From: Lama guanicoe
Taxonomy: Eukaryota
Direction of reading: 5' to 3'
NCBI GenBank assembly: GCA_013239625.1
Contig: MU053810.1
Span: 2,553,518 to 2,617,517 of the forward strand
Length of the DNA: 64,000 nucleotides
The translations under genes and the position numbers were made by a program. The notes under the pieces were generated by a model. That model did not search any database, had not been told where the DNA came from, and saw only the letters and a list, made by a program, of their open reading frames with translations. This document shows, piece after piece, positions 1-16,107 of the stretch. The first letter of the stretch is position 1, and each line of letters begins with the position of its first letter.

Positions 1-644
1 TTTGCCTAAAAATTTTCTTTTTTTTTTTTTATGCTTTTGGGTTTTCATTTATGACACGAACAGTCAAATCTTTTCAGAGGTAGCAGCCATAGTTAACTCG
101 CAGAACTCTAAATATCATTTTAAACTCTTTATCATGAAGGGTTGCACACAGAGTAATATAGTGATCTCCCCAAATTCAAGTGCTGTCCTTGAAGTGTCAT
201 TTTGACTACTCCTTTGACTGGTTTCACCTACTCCTTTTTGCATTCTTTTCCTTGATTATGGTTGCACTTATATTTTAATGTTTTCAAGCAAATCTCATAC
301 ATCATGTCTTTGTCTACCTGTGTAACTTGCAGCATTTCTGTGTATGTATATCCACAAAAATATCAGTTCAGCTAACAAAATTAATGTCATCTAATCCCCA
401 GACCAAAATCAAATATCCTGATTGGCTCAAAAATGGCATTTTATAGTTGGTTTGCTCAAGCTAGGATCCAAACGTGGCCCACACATTCTATGTAAACATT
501 GTGTTTCTTAAGACATAACAATGTATTTAAGAGACATGATGCTATTTCAAGTCTTTTTTTTAATTTTTAAGGAGGAGGGGTAAATTCAGTTTATTTATTT
601 ATTTATAATGGAGGTCCTGGGGTTTGAACCCTTAGGTTTTTTTT

Positions 645-2765
645 AAATTTGCTTGAAGGACTCACAGAACTTACTGAAACTTTGAAAAGCCCTTCCTCTG
701 GCTTGCTAGAAAACTGATCAGAGACCTGAACTTGGAGTTCGTCACCATGCCTGCTCAGCCAGGAGAGAACGTGCTTAGGGCTGAGTCCAAAACATAGAGT
801 TTTCTAGTTGTCCTCTCCCCATGGCATCCAGGGCTGATGTGTGACAGTACACAGAGTATTGCCAACCAGGGAAGTTCACCCTGATGTCCAGAGTTTGAGC
901 ATGATCCAAAGCACCCACTCCAAATCATGTTGTTGGTGTGGCTCCAAGCCCCCAGGCAAACAAAAACCCTCTATCAGCATGACATTCCAAGGGCTCAGAG
1001 ATTACCTCCCAGAAGCCTAAGGCAAAGGCCAAAACATTTTTTAGGGCAAAACTGAATTATTTACTATACAGACCAGTGCTTGGTGTTTTTTTGTTTGTTT
1101 GTTTGTTTGTTTGCTAAGGCTTTCTTACAGCAAAACAATGAGTACCTCGCATTCCCATAACATATCCCTGCACAATTCCTTTCCATTTTATTATGAAATA
1201 CTCCTGGACACTGCCCTCTCCATTAGAATGTTTCTTCAACATCACCCAAAACATTTGGGATATTTCAGATTTCAAGGACATACAATTATGTCCTTCAGTC
1301 GTAGAGGCTGTTTTAATTAATGTCTGATAGCAAGCTAGGAATCTTTCAAGTGGAAGTCTTATGGTCCAAAATCCAAGTGATCACTGCTGGGGTGGCGCTC
1401 ACTGGCTTTTACCATAAGCCTCAGTTTGCACTTGGCACAGGGCTATTGTACAGAAACTCTGTCTGTGCCAGCACTTGAGCTAACAGGGTATTAATTAAAG
1501 TAAGAACTTTCATTCACCAGGTCGTCTATATTATTTCAAATTAACAACTTGTGTAGACTTGGGCAATCTTGTTGGTCTTCACTGAGCATGTCAAATCAAT
1601 ATTGTCTGAAGGGCAAATTTGCATGCCTTTTGCTTCGCAAAGCTAGGTAGAAGTGTTCCTCAACACACAGTATCTATCTCCATAATATATGCAGGTAAAG
1701 GAGACACAAACATTCCTCGTGAACTCTACTCTATCATTCCAATTTTCATCCAACTTTTCACCTTGATCCTATCAACCAATGCTTTCCCATATCCTCCCAA
1801 TCTCAGTGTAGCCTTGTTAGGACTTTACCAACAGATTTTGAAATCATGGTGCATTGGGCTCCCATGTCAAGGAATCCTAGAAAAGTCTCTTCTCCACCCT
1901 CTGACCATTCTCCCCCGTCATGTGCACATTGCTTTGAGTCCTCAAAGGCACCCAGGGCCCCCTGTCAATTCTTATCTTGATTGTCGGCCTGCATGTTCAG
2001 AGATCAGATTTCTGTTTGTCATCTGTGTCTTCAGGCTTTTAAATTTCTCAGAACTAGGATATACAGAGCAGACTTGTTTAGGCTGGGGGACCTGCAGGGA
2101 CGCTCATCAACCCACCCAAGTTCTGAGAGTGCCGCATTAAGACCTTTGTCTTGACTCTATCAATGTCTACTTTATTCATCCCATTTCCTAATCACCATTT
2201 AAAGAGTTCTATCCTGCAGGGATGACTTCTTCAGCTCTCTCTTCTCTCTTTCCCCATTCTTTTATGAATTACTCTAATCTTCCTCACTGTCTGTTGTTTA
2301 AAGATGAATTTTCCCTTTGGTAATGGCCCAGAGGCTGGCAGCTGTAGCTCAGAACTCAAGCTTGGCCCCATGTCAGAATCTGCCCCAGCATCCTCCTTTA
2401 CTTTCATTTTAGATAACAAGAACCAAGGGCACTGCCTTCCGCATAGTTAGCTTGTTCCTTGTCCTTTTGCATTTCCGTATGCCAGTGAGCCAGCTCCTCA
2501 GAGATGGAGTCAGCATTTCTAAATTTCATTGTTAACTTTTTACCTCCAGTATCTGACACCACAGGTGACCCTGTAGTCATCCAGGAATCAAAGCTTCATC
2601 ATTCCACACCCTCTCATCCTTCCTCTTACCAAACAATAGCTTTCAGTGGATTCTGTGAATTCTTTGAGTGAATTATCAAACTGAAAGGTGGCCTTAGGAG
2701 CCCTCAAATTTGCAATTGGTATCAGAAGTGGTGGTCTTGTGCACTGTTCCCTCTAACTTCACAGA
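645..2765. mobile_element. Degenerate LTR retroelement remnants (MER21-like LTR plus ERVL-like internal pieces)
   Basis: LTR-like motifs gagtattgccaaccagggaag, gacattccaagggctcagagattacctcccagaagc and terminus tttactataca (~1070). Family assignment is from memory. Confidence 0.5.
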
Positions 2766-3287
2766 CACCAAAGCAACAAACAGAAAATAGCAACTTGGAG
2801 GGAAAAGAAAATATGTAGGGAGAAGAAAGTTTTTTTAAAAAAGAAAAGAAAACAAATTAAAACCCCCAGAGAGATAAGATATTGCACCACAAAACAAGAA
2901 ACAGAATATTCTAAAAAAGATGAAATGTCAGGAAAAAGAAAATTTTAAAAGTTTTAAATATATTATCAGAAACTAAAAGCTCAATGAAACAGTTGATAAC
3001 TAACATTCAGGAAATTTCCCAGAAAGATGAGCAAAAGCTATAGAAGGGCGATAGAAGAGTTCGATTCCCAAACAACTCTACCAGTGTTTGCTAACAGTGT
3101 GCTAAGGAAAATGTTTTATGATAAATTAATATTGGCTTGAGAGTTTTAAGACAACAAAATGGAACCCCAAAATAGAAAAATGAACAAATGGAAGGGGGCA
3201 GGGAATCCAAGGATAGAAGGATTGGTTAAATTGTAAAGTACTCTATGACCACTGAAAATTATTATAATCATTAAAAATTGTTATGAA

Positions 3288-3373
3288 GTGGGTGGATTTA
3301 GCTCAGTGGTAGAGCACATGCTTAGCATGCACAAGGTCCTAGGTTCAATCCCCCATACCTTCATTTTTTTTTT
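3288..3373 (+). mobile_element. tRNA-Ala-derived SINE (Vic-1-like)
   Basis: A box tagctcagtggtagagc, B box ggttcaatccc; degenerate TSD aaattgttatgaa/aaattgacatgaa. Confidence 0.85.
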
Positions 3374-4398
3374 AAATTGACATGAAAATGAATGAAATTG
3401 TATTTACTTAAAATTTAAGTAACAAAAAAATTCAGGTTACAAGGTACTATGTCTAATATGATTTTATTATTGTATTATTATCTGTGACAGTGCACATTTA
3501 GTCATTTTTTAAAGACAAGGGATATACAACAAAGAACAAACAAGTGTTTATCTTCAAGTAGTAGGAATGTAAGTGGTTTTTAGCTTTTGTTTTCCTGTAT
3601 TCTCCAAACTTTCTACAATAAATCCTTTAATTTTGTAAATAGGAGTAAAAAGGTTTTCCTTTAAAAAATATGGTAGATGGGAGAGCTTATTCCTTTCCTC
3701 TCTTCAGTTGTCATCTCCTGAAGCAGACACTCCACATTCTGGTGAACAACTCCACCGCCTCACAGCTCTTCTAACCACCCTGCTCACATCTCCTAACTTC
3801 ACATCCTATCAGCTTTCATCTCATCTCCTTCAACATCTGATTTTTCTCCTTTAATCCCATATGTAAACAAGTTAAAAAAGTCCTTTCAAGGGACCCTGAC
3901 ATGGTTCTTTTGCATTTCACTCAATGCTTCACAAGTAAAGGGAATGAAATACTTATTGAAGAAACTAGAGAAGAGGAAGATGAGGTGGTGGGGGGACTAG
4001 AGAGGTGCAGAAAGGCTTCCTGGAGGTGATAAGACCTGAGCTGGGCCTTCAAGGATGGCTAAAATTGGGGTGGCTCCAATACAGGGCAAGAGGGCATGCC
4101 AGGAAGAGCAGATAACGTGGGAGGAGACGCCACCTAAGCTCAGGAGACATGCGATAAACTCACTTGGTTGGAGTGCAAGTTGCGGGTTGGAAAACAGAGC
4201 GAATTTGGGGCAATCAAGCCAAGCCTACACTCTGTAGTCCTCATACTTTGACAGACATTTACACAGCTTGCTGGGCCCCAGTCCCAGAGTTTCTGTCTCA
4301 GTAGATCTGGAGTAGGACCTGAGATGTTGCAATTCTAAAAAATTCTCAGGTAATGCTGGATGCACATTAAAACCACCTAAAAAGCTCCTCAAAAACTA

Positions 4399-4520
4399 GA
4401 GAGGAGGGTATAGCTCAGTGGTAGAATGCATGCTTAACATTCAGGAGGTCCTGGGTTCAATACCTACTAACTCTATTAAAGTATGTAAAATAAATAAACA
4501 TCCTTATCAAAAAAAAAAAA
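4399..4520 (+). mobile_element. tRNA-derived SINE inserted in a MER5-like DNA transposon remnant
   Basis: gagggtatagctcagtggtagaatgcatgcttaac...ggttcaa plus A-rich tail; flanks resemble MER5. Confidence 0.8.
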
Positions 4521-4809
4521 CCAAGGCCCTACCCGTCAGAGATTCTAATGTAATTGGTCTGAAGTAGGACCTAAGCTCTATTTTTTGTTTTTTTTTTTAA
4601 ATAACCCAGATGATTAAAATATGTAACCAGGGTTTTTAGTCTTTCTAATTACTGATGTAAGCAATCAAGAGGAGCCCTTCACAGTTTCTGGAGGAGGGCA
4701 TGTGAACATATGATTTATTAGTTACACAAATAATAAGTAATCAGTGTCAAAAAATGATAAGTCACAAAGGAAAATAGAAATTATGTAAAATCCCACTACT
4801 AAGAACTAC

Positions 4810-5047
4810 TTTTTGTTTTATTGAAGTTTAGTCAGTTTACAATGTTGTGTCAATCTCTGGTGTACAGCACAATGCTTCAGTCACATTGGAACATATATAT
4901 ATTTGTTTTCATATTCTTTTTCACCATAGGGTACCGCAAGATATTGAATATAGTTCCCTGTGCTGTACAGTATAAATTTTTGTTTATCTATTTTATGTAT
5001 ACTAGTTAGTATCTGCAAATCTAGAACTCCCAATTTATCCCTTCCCA
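4810..5047 (-). mobile_element. L1 3'-end fragment
   Basis: Reverse complement resembles the L1 3'UTR at 23680-23900 (tatagcacagggaactatattcaatatct..., aacattgtaaactgacta) with an A-rich tail. Confidence 0.8.
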
Positions 5048-5489
5048 TGAGAACAAGGACTTGTAATGATTTAGAATAAAACCTCCAGATCTTTCTCATG
5101 TAGATGTATGTATTTGTAAAGAAGAGATCATATTTACTAATATTTTATTTAACAGTACACTGTAAATGACTTCCACAACAATAAATATAAGTATAAATCA
5201 TAATTTGTGATGACCGCATAGTACTTGATCATCAGGGTGTGCTATGGTTTATTTAACCAATCAGTAGAGAACATTTTAAGGTTGTTGAGGATGGGGTCAG
5301 AGACAAAGCACAGGACTCTGGTTCTAATCTTGACCTTCCCACTTGCTGGGTGAACTTAGACAAATCAAAATCTATACATATGTTGAAAAGTCCTCAACCA
5401 GGGTCTTATTGGTAAGAAACACAATTTGAATAAAGAAACCATAGGACTTATTGAGTGGTTAAATATGGGAGTTACAGGAAAAATATTTT

Positions 5490-5628
5490 ATTTCATTTAT
5501 TTATTTATTTTCTACCTATTTCTTTGGGGGAGGTGATAAAGTTTATTGATTTTTTAATCAATTGTTAATTGTTTTTTTAATGGAGGCACAGGGGATTGAA
5601 CCCAGAACACTGAGCTCTACCCTCCCCA
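5490..5628 (-). mobile_element. tRNA-derived SINE with an internal deletion between the A and B boxes
   Basis: ggggattgaacccagaacactgagctctaccctcccc; TSD-like ttacag(g)aaaaatat on both sides. Confidence 0.75.
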
Positions 5629-6599
5629 TTACAGAAAAATATATTTTAGGTATGTATATGGATAGTAGACAAAGAAACAATTTCTTTTTTCGAAAAGCCC
5701 AAGACAGGAACTAATGTACTTTCAAAAGCACAGAAAATCAGGATAGCACTATATTTTCTTTCCTTCTCTCAGTCAAAAAGATACTTTCTTAAAGCACTAG
5801 CTGGTGTCTTCCTAATCTATGAAACCTGCTGTGATTTTTACCCTGTGATTTCCTGTTACACTTACAGTCTAACACATGGCTTAGCCCTTAATCATAGAGT
5901 CTTTTATCCTTCCTCAATTATTTGTCTTGGCTCCCCAACTAGACTGTAAATTCCTTGGGTACAGAGATGGCCCCCTCCACCACTGCTCCTAATACTTACT
6001 TTTTTGAGATATAGTGCCTAACATAGTGCAGGATTCACAGTATCTATTAGGAACATTTGTTGATCTTCAATTTTGCAATTCAGTAATCTGGCCAGCAGAC
6101 CACTCTAGTTACTGATGCATATTTTCTGTCCCCATAGACAAATCTCTAGGAATCCTTAAATTTACAAACATGTCAAAGATAGCCACTTCAATTTAGACAG
6201 TCTCTAAATAATCCAGCATTTGAGGTTTTCCCCCCTTCCATTGGCTCTAGAAATCTAAGCTTCCCAAAGCCCCTTTTTTTCCTATTTTTCACCAAATGAC
6301 AGCTGCAATGACTTCCAGAGTTCAAGTCAGTACACAAATCATACTACCATGGAAATCCACAGTTCAGTGTATTTGTTGAGCTCATTACACAATAAAACTT
6401 GAGGTCAGAGATTAAAGTCTATTTCCCAGCAGACAAAAATTGGTTTGACAATATGCAACCAACAGTTTGTTCAATACAGTACTTACATATGGCAAAGTTT
6501 GCTTCTGAGGTAGTTAAAACTTTTCCATTTTTATTAATATTTGGCTATAAAGCAAAAAAAATCACAATTCTATTTTTTGCCTAAAAATAACACAGAGAA

Positions 6600-6750
6600 G
6601 GGGGAAAGGATATAGTTCAAGTGGAAGAGTGCATGCTTAGAATACACAAGGTCCTGGGTTCAATCCCCAGTACCTCTTCTAAAAATAAATAAGTAAACTT
6701 AATTACCTCCTCCTCACCCACAAAAAAATTTTAATTAAATTAATTTAAAA
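6600..6750 (+). mobile_element. tRNA-derived SINE (Vic-1-like)
   Basis: ggtcctgggttcaatccccagtacctc, tail aaataaataagtaaacttaattacctcc; TSD aataa(c/t)aca(g/a)agaag. Confidence 0.87.
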
Positions 6751-6774
6751 TAATAATACAAAGAAGCAGTGAAT

Positions 6775-6992
6775 TTTTTTTCTTTTTTGTTTTTATTGAG
6801 ATATAGTCAGTTTACAATATTGTGTCAATTTCTGGTGTACAGCACAATGCTTCAGTCATACATGAATATATGTATATTCATTTTCATATTCTTTTTCACC
6901 ATAAGCTACTATAAGATATTGAAAATATTTCCCTGTGCTATACAGTATAAACTTGTTTATTTTATATATACCAGTCAGTATCTACAAATCTC
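6775..6992 (-). mobile_element. L1 3'-end fragment
   Basis: Near-copy of 4810-5047 (tttacaatattgtgtcaatttctggtgtacagcacaatgcttcagtcatac). Confidence 0.8.
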
Positions 6993-7132
6993 TTATAGTT
7001 TATATTAACTAACTTAGAACTCCTAAATATGAAATCTAGCAACTTGCCCAGTGTCTACTATTCTCAATAACAGCAATTTTTTTCAATATAATTCTTTACA
7101 GAAACAAACAAACAAAAAAACCCAGTTGCAAT

Positions 7133-7206
7133 CCCTTTCTTTCTTTCTTTCTCTTTCTTCCCTCTCCCTTCCTTCCTTTTTTCCTTCCTTCTTTCTCTTC
7201 CTTTTA
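7133..7206. repeat. Polypyrimidine (TTTC/TTCC) simple repeat
   Basis: Run of only C and T, ~70 bp. Confidence 0.85.
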
Positions 7207-9714
7207 ATAAACATTGGATGCCCACTATGTGCCCCTTCTGTACCAGGAGCTATACAAATACTAGTGAACATAATACAGTCATAGCTCTAGTCATGGAGAC
7301 AGATATAAATCAGAGATTGTAAACTGGCAGCTTTCAGATCTGTCATGTCCCACAAGTGAATTTTGTTTGGCCGTTTGTATGTCTTTTTTAAATTGAATTA
7401 CTTCCCCACATTTTAAGACCAGGACATTTCCAGTAAAAAAAAGTCAGAGTTCTGGGTTATATAAAAAATGGAAAATCCAGTACATTGAGCACGTTGCTCC
7501 CTCAAAAGAACAACTAACAGATCCAAGTGAGAACTGCCCTGGTTCTTCCCAGTCCTCACGCAATCTCCCTCACTCAGCACTGAGTTTGCAACTACTATGC
7601 TAAACAGTCATAGAAATAATAAACGTACAGTTACCAATAGCAGTGAATGTTATAAAGGGAAAAATAGACACTTTATGGGAGAATGTAAGAGGGGGACTAG
7701 TTTAGACTGAGAATCAAGGATGATGTCTTTAAGAATATCACATTCTTAACTTTGCTCAATATTGACACTCTCCTCTTATGATGTATTTATCCCAATAATA
7801 AGTACCATTTATTGAGACTCTACTGATGCCAAGTACTTTATTTAATTCTCACAGAAACAATTCTGCATAATCCCCGTTTTGCTAATGAAACACCTATGAA
7901 ATACGTGAGGTTCAAGAAGGTCAAACAATTAACCCAGATATATAGAACCAGAAGTGGAAAACCTGAAGTCAGAACCAAATCCTGATTAATTCCAAATTAT
8001 GTGTTCATTCTAGTAAAAAGAGCTGTTGCAAATAAGTTCCAGTTCCAATTCCAAGAGTCAGCTCTTCTCTATTCTTCCTAAAACACATGACCAGGAATAT
8101 TCAACATGGAGAGCCCTTGATTTTTCTTTACAGTGAGATTGAATTTGTTCTCAGGTTATACTTCCATTTAAGTTTGTAGTGGAGCAAAGTCATCATTTGA
8201 GACCAGCTGGTTCTGCAGCCGAAGCCCGAATCTCTGGCCAAATCTTGGGACCTGATGGTGCTTTGGATGATCCTAACTTGAGCCAAGTTTATCAGACCAG
8301 GTGGCTGCATATTGTCAGTCCTTGCCTACCATGTTGATGAGGATTTCCTGCCCCCACCAAGCAGCTAGGACTTCCATATCCATACCCATAGAACTTAAAT
8401 TTTGTTTTATCCTTATCACTTAATGGGTTAGGTTGTGTAATCATCTCACCAAACTCTTATTTTGCTCTTTCAGGCTTTCCTCTCAAACCTCTGGGTGAGT
8501 TTGATGTTGCTGCATTCATTTGTTCTTCTTATTATGAGAAATGTTTTATTACTAAAATTCCTTATCATGGCACCTGTTCTAAATTCTCCTCCAACTCATC
8601 CAGGATCCCAATTAAACAGTATCAGCAAGTAATTTCCCAAGGCATCTATGTGTTGCTACCACCTCTGGCCTTCAATTCAAACAAAATAGTAAAGTAATGA
8701 CATATGAAATTTTGAAAGTAAAACCAATAAAAAGGAAGATATATATAGATATAGATACAGATATAGTCCAAGGATACAAGGCAAAAAAATCTAGGTATTC
8801 TAGCTTTTGAAAAAAGTAGAATCTGAGCATTGATGGCATGATGCGTACGTTACCTTCATAACACTGTAGTCCTCACCACCAAGACATTTCTGTCTTTTTA
8901 GGTTTTGTTTTCCTTATTAATAAATTTGCTTTTCCAGTCAACTTGGCGGACTGAACCAATGTAAGAAATCCTTCCACTTCAACCTCTTAGGAATTCGGTA
9001 TTTAAAAAAAATTTTTTTTTCATGTTAAGGCCTAAATGAGCTTGAAATCAGGAAGTGAAACTCTTAGGAATGCAGCAAAATTTAGGATGGTAATTGGAAG
9101 CTGAAGTCAAAACGCTCACAGGGGAATCAGAGTTGAACACAGGCCTTAACAGTTGGAGTTTGTGACATTAACACCTATGTGAGGACAGGAGTGTAGGACT
9201 CCAGGTCAAGCCAGGGCTCACACAGGGCTGGCCCTTGTGAAATGGAGCCTAGAAAAACTTGGCCCACCCATCCGAGGAAGCAGCAAGGAAACTTGCTCCC
9301 ATGAATGCAAAAACAGTCAACTGGAGAGAAATCCGAAACCCAGGCCTTTGCCATGTGCAGAAATGAGGCTGGAGTTCACACTCTGTGCATGATACAGGGA
9401 ACTCAAGGCTGAAAAATTAACATATAAACTGGTTTGACACTACGGAACCCACAGGTCCCCAGTCAGGGGGGAAAGTGAAGCCATTCTGCAGAAACCCTCC
9501 AACAACCTGACAGGCAAGAGACTTTCACAGAGAACAGAGCAACCCCTACCGATACCTTACCTTACAGTAAAAACCAGAAACCACACCAGGAAATCATCCA
9601 CTGAGAGAAAGTCAGCAGATAGGACAAAGGTGATCATTTATACTCAAGAACTGGTTTCAGTAAAACTGCTTTAAAAAGAATTTAAAAGTGCATTTAAAAT
9701 GTTTGGAGAGATAG

Positions 9715-10216
9715 TGAAGGGGAAGAAAAATCTCTTCCTCTGTCTATAATAGGTTCTCCGGCTGGGGCTGCATAAGTTGGACGGACAAAAGACAGATTCA
9801 CAAGAGCAAACCATACACATTTATTTAATATATAAGTTTTACATGACACGGGAGCCTTCAAAAGGAAATGAAGATCCAAAGAGTGGTTAAACCTTGAAAC
9901 TTTTTATACTAAGTTTGATGAAAAGTGGAAACCTCTAGAAAAATTGATAGCACAAAAGGATGGGAGTTAATGGTACAAAACTGTGGAAATGGCAAATTCC
10001 TCTTAGAGTCACTGGGTCTTCAGAGACAAGGATGCTCCTTTCCTCTGGGTACAAGAAGACGTCTCTTCCCTGAGGGTCTCACGGGGTGTTTCAGGGGAGA
10101 TGGACAAGGTCAGAGAAGTCTTCCTGCATCTTCTGTTTCTCAGATTTCTTCAGCTTAAAATATTCCATATGCCAAGATGACCCTGTTTGAGGGATAGCAT
10201 GCCCTGAACCCTCTCA
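9715..10216 (-). mobile_element. ERV1-class solo LTR (MER34/MER39-like)
   Basis: TGA...TCA termini, ~500 bp. The reverse complement begins tgagagggttcagggcatgctatccc...ggcatatggaatattttaagctgaag, typical of this LTR group. Confidence 0.7.
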
Positions 10217-10289
10217 CAGGGAATCAGTACAAAATGAGGAAATGGGACTATCTGACCTTTTTGTTTTCCTCTTTAAGCACCAACATTCT

Positions 10290-10520
10290 AGTCCCTCAAC
10301 CTCACCTTCCATCTGCAGATTCCGCATCAGCGGATTCAATCAACCCCAGATCAATATAGAACAAAATCAAAGGAAGGTTGAATCTGGGTTGTGGAATCCA
10401 GGGATTTAGAGGGCCAACAGTACTAGGCCATTGTGTATAAGGAACTTTCAAATTCACAGATTTGGGTATCTGAGAGGGCCCTGGAACCTATCCCCTCAGG
10501 GGTATAGAGAGCCGACTCTG
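10290..10520. mobile_element. Tigger/MER2-like non-autonomous DNA transposon
   Basis: ttccgcatcagcggattcaatcaacc ... tgggtatctgagagggccctggaacctatcccc...ccgactctg. Confidence 0.6.
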
Positions 10521-10836
10521 TTGGATTCTGTGTACAGTGGCATCAGTCTTAATCAACAGTCTCAGGCAATTAATAAATATAACTTTATTTTCTGCACCTT
10601 AGTTTTTATTTTGAGTCCTCAATTCCATTAATCTGACAAGCAACATTGACTTTTCAGAATTTCCCATTCCCTGCCCTGTCATGTCAAGACGGCAGGAAAC
10701 TTTCTGCCAAAGCAGAGAAGCAAGTCATTCCTCAGATCATTTGATACAGATTTTATAACATGCCATTGGCTCAATAAATACTTGTTGATCCACTGATTTA
10801 GGAAAAACACATAATTACTTACAAAAAAGATGTTCA

Positions 10837-12819
<1,983 letters not shown>

Positions 12820-12965
12820 AAAGATGTTCATATGTAGCCCACCACATTTTTTTTAAATGATTATAGAGTAACAAAGACATTACAGTAACGTTTTGAAACA
12901 CAAAAGAAAGAAAATCAGAATCAAGACGGGGGAAAAAAGAGAAAAAGTGTTTTTAAAAATTAGAA

Positions 12966-13075
12966 GGGGAGGGAGGGTAATAGCTCAGTGGTAGAGCACA
13001 TGCTTTGCATGCACCAGGTCCTGGGTTCAATCCCCACTACCTCCATTTAAAAAAGAAAAAAAAATTTTTTTAAAG
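12966..13075 (+). mobile_element. tRNA-derived SINE (Vic-1-like)
   Basis: tagctcagtggtagagcacatgctttgcatgcaccaggtcctgggttcaatcccc plus A tail. Confidence 0.87.
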
Positions 13076-15690
13076 CAAGTGAACTCATTAAAAAAAATTG
13101 AGAACAGCCTTTTATTCTGAGCACCCAAATAGCCAAGGCAAGGAGGAAAATTGGGAATCTGTAGTTCACATTAACAGAAAAGAAAAAAATGCACTATTTC
13201 TTGATGGAAAGAATGCTTTACTTCACTTATCAATTAAGCTGAGTCTCTTGGGGACAAAAATATTTAAGTGATGAGAGACCAGCAGTTTAATGGTGAACAG
13301 AATGAGATTAAAGAGTTACTGAAGTTAAAACAGTGTGATAAAATTCTTCAAGATTCATGAAAAGTAGAAAGAAAATATAATGTGTTGTTTGGGGTTTTTT
13401 TAAAGCAATTTTAAGAAGCATAGGAAAAAATTTGTATGTGGTAGTTTAGTCATTTTATTCCCACTTACAGCTATTACAGAAATTGTAGACTTTAAGAATA
13501 AATATATATTTAAGGATGAATAACACTGCCATTTAGTAAATTATTACTGCTATTAATCCAAGTCAATTGAAATTGTTCCTTCAAAGTCTGAGCTAACCTA
13601 AGTCATATCAGAAGTGGTATAAAAGCATTAACAAAGTCAAAAGGTAAATTTTGTCAGCAGGTAAAAGCGAATCAAACAAGCAACTTTCAAGGCTCAGAAA
13701 GGAGTTTCTGACCTGACATAAACCTAGCTGAAGAAGCAAATGGTGTAGGGAACCAATGGCTGAACCCGAACAAGCGCCATCCAGCCCTGCCAGGCTAACT
13801 CCTAAGGAAGACGTAGTGCCTTTTGAAAAAAGAGAGAAATCAGGAATTGTGTTAAAAACTGCTCCCCATGATACCTTGTAAGAAAAAGGAAATGCCTATT
13901 TACTGAATAAAATACATCCAAGAACACCTGTCATTTCAATGACAAGAAAAACAATGATAACAATAACTTAAATTCACGTATGTGCGTGAATTTCAGAGAA
14001 ATACAGTTAATCAGCCTTGATCTTGTTCTAACATTATCCTATGCAGCAGATTAAAACACTAAGCTCTTCCAGACCCACATTAGCGGCTCATGGCCACAGG
14101 ATGACTCAAGTTCATTGTTACCGTGATGAATAAATAGCACCCTTATGACCCGAAAGAGTTACCCTTATTCCCCTCCCCCCAATTTATTGGGAGCTCTCTG
14201 AGATATTATTTGGTCCTGGAAAGAAAAAGACCCATTTGTTCCCAAAATTTCTTTTTTACTCATAAAGCCCACCAAAGACCCCTTCGTTCTCTGTCCAACC
14301 CCCACTTTGCCTACCCTAAAAATCATACTTTGTAAACCAAATTTTCAAACTGTAAGACTGGTTTTTCTCATGAGGCAAAGGAAAAAAAAAAGTCTCTGTG
14401 ATTAATGCTTTAGCTAAAAGCATAGAATGTAAAATGGGAAGATTATTTATGGTTCTTCTCTTTAGGAGCTAATAGAGTCAGACGTTAGCCTAAAAGGTTG
14501 GAAATCCTACGGTGGGATTTTTTTTCTCCCCCAACAGATAAAAGTGGCTTCTGGAAACAGCATAAATACGGTCTGCAGTAAGCCATAAACACTAATAATT
14601 TTGCTGTAAGTGCTCAGTCAAAGGGAGATGAACATGTTAAATGTTATTAAAAAGAGGACAGCATATTATCTTGAAAGCCACAGTGAAATACTAACCTAAG
14701 TGACAAGTATTGCTTTCAGTGCCATGTTTTAAAGATGGACGGTGGTTGGAGGGATTTACCAGGCTGCTCTTCCATACAGTCAGATCACATTCAGTAGCTC
14801 AAAATGTAATATGGATTGAATTTGCAATTTCCAGCTATATTTCCCCAAGGCTGTTAAATTTCTTTTTTTCTAAACTGCTCATTCTTCTTCAGTTAACTCT
14901 GTTCAAAGGACGTGCTTTGCTAATTATCCAAAGTAAGGAAGTGAGCATGAAACTTGATTTCACTACCTTCAACACTGCTAAAATTTAATTTGGCAAAGAG
15001 TTTTATTTTTTTTATAGAGTATTTCCAGTGGAAAGCTTTTTGCAGTTTTGTTTCCTCTATAAAAGTCAGGAACACCAAAAGTTTCCTCCTCTTTGGTCAT
15101 GTTCTTTTATTTTAAAAAATTGGATTTAATGAATTACTGGAAACAAATAAGGAAATAGCAATTTAGAAAGCTAAGGCCTGAGGTGAAATGCTAAGACAAA
15201 CATATTGCCTCTTTACAATAAAAGTGATTTCCACAAAACAGATGTGATGGTTGTCAGTAAGCCAGCAATTGCTTACTGGTCTAATTTGAGGTTATTTAAA
15301 ACATGCATATGCACAGATACAGCACTGTTACCAAATGATTCCATGGGTGATTTTGGTCAAAGCAGCCGATGAATTGCAGCACCCTGGAGGGACAGACAGC
15401 TCCAGAGGAGTCCTACCTCCATGTGGGTGGAAACGGTCTAGACATGGGTAGAGGAGTTCTCCAGACCAAGCTTCTTAAGTGTGTTCAGAGTGTTGTGCAA
15501 ACATATGTACTGACATGAAAGCGGTTCAGGAATTCGCAGTGTTCAATTTCTTAACAGAAAAAAAAAATCTGAAGCAAATAAAGCATAGATTGATAGATTA
15601 TGGGCCTAGACCAGTTGGCTTCTAACAGGAAGCAGACATCACACTCATGCTGGATAATTAAATGTTGACATATGAAGGGACTATTTATAA

Positions 15691-16107
15691 ATGTGTTGTA
15701 CTTGATACTGCTGTTATAAAATACCACAGGCAGGGTGGCTTAAACAGCAGGATTTGATTGTCATACAGTTCTGGAGGCTGGAAGTCCAAAATCAAGGTGT
15801 CAGCAAGGTTGATTTCTTCTGAGGACTGTGAGGGGAGGGTCTGTTCCAGGCCTCTCTCCTTGGCTTGTCTCTGGCCCTCTTGTCCCTGTGCCTTCCCGTC
15901 TTCCCTCTGTGTCTCTGTCTCTGGGTGCACATTTCTCCTTTCTAGAAGGACACCGGTCATCTTGGATCAGGGCCCAGCCTTGATGACCTCACTTTAACTT
16001 GATTCTCGCTATGAAGATCCTACCTCCAAATAAGATCACTTTCTGAGGTACTGGGGGTTAGGACTTCAACATACGAATTTGGAGGGGACATCACTGAACC
16101 CATAACA
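15691..16107. mobile_element. MaLR MLT1 solo LTR
   Basis: ggtggcttaaacagcag...cagttctggaggctggaagtccaaaatcaaggtgtcagca...gaggtactgggggttaggacttcaacatacgaattt; TG...CA ends. Confidence 0.85.

Noticed and set aside
13970..13993. Near-perfect palindrome aaattcacgta-tg-tgcgtgaattt
   Set aside because: Short, one mismatch, no supporting context; plausibly chance.
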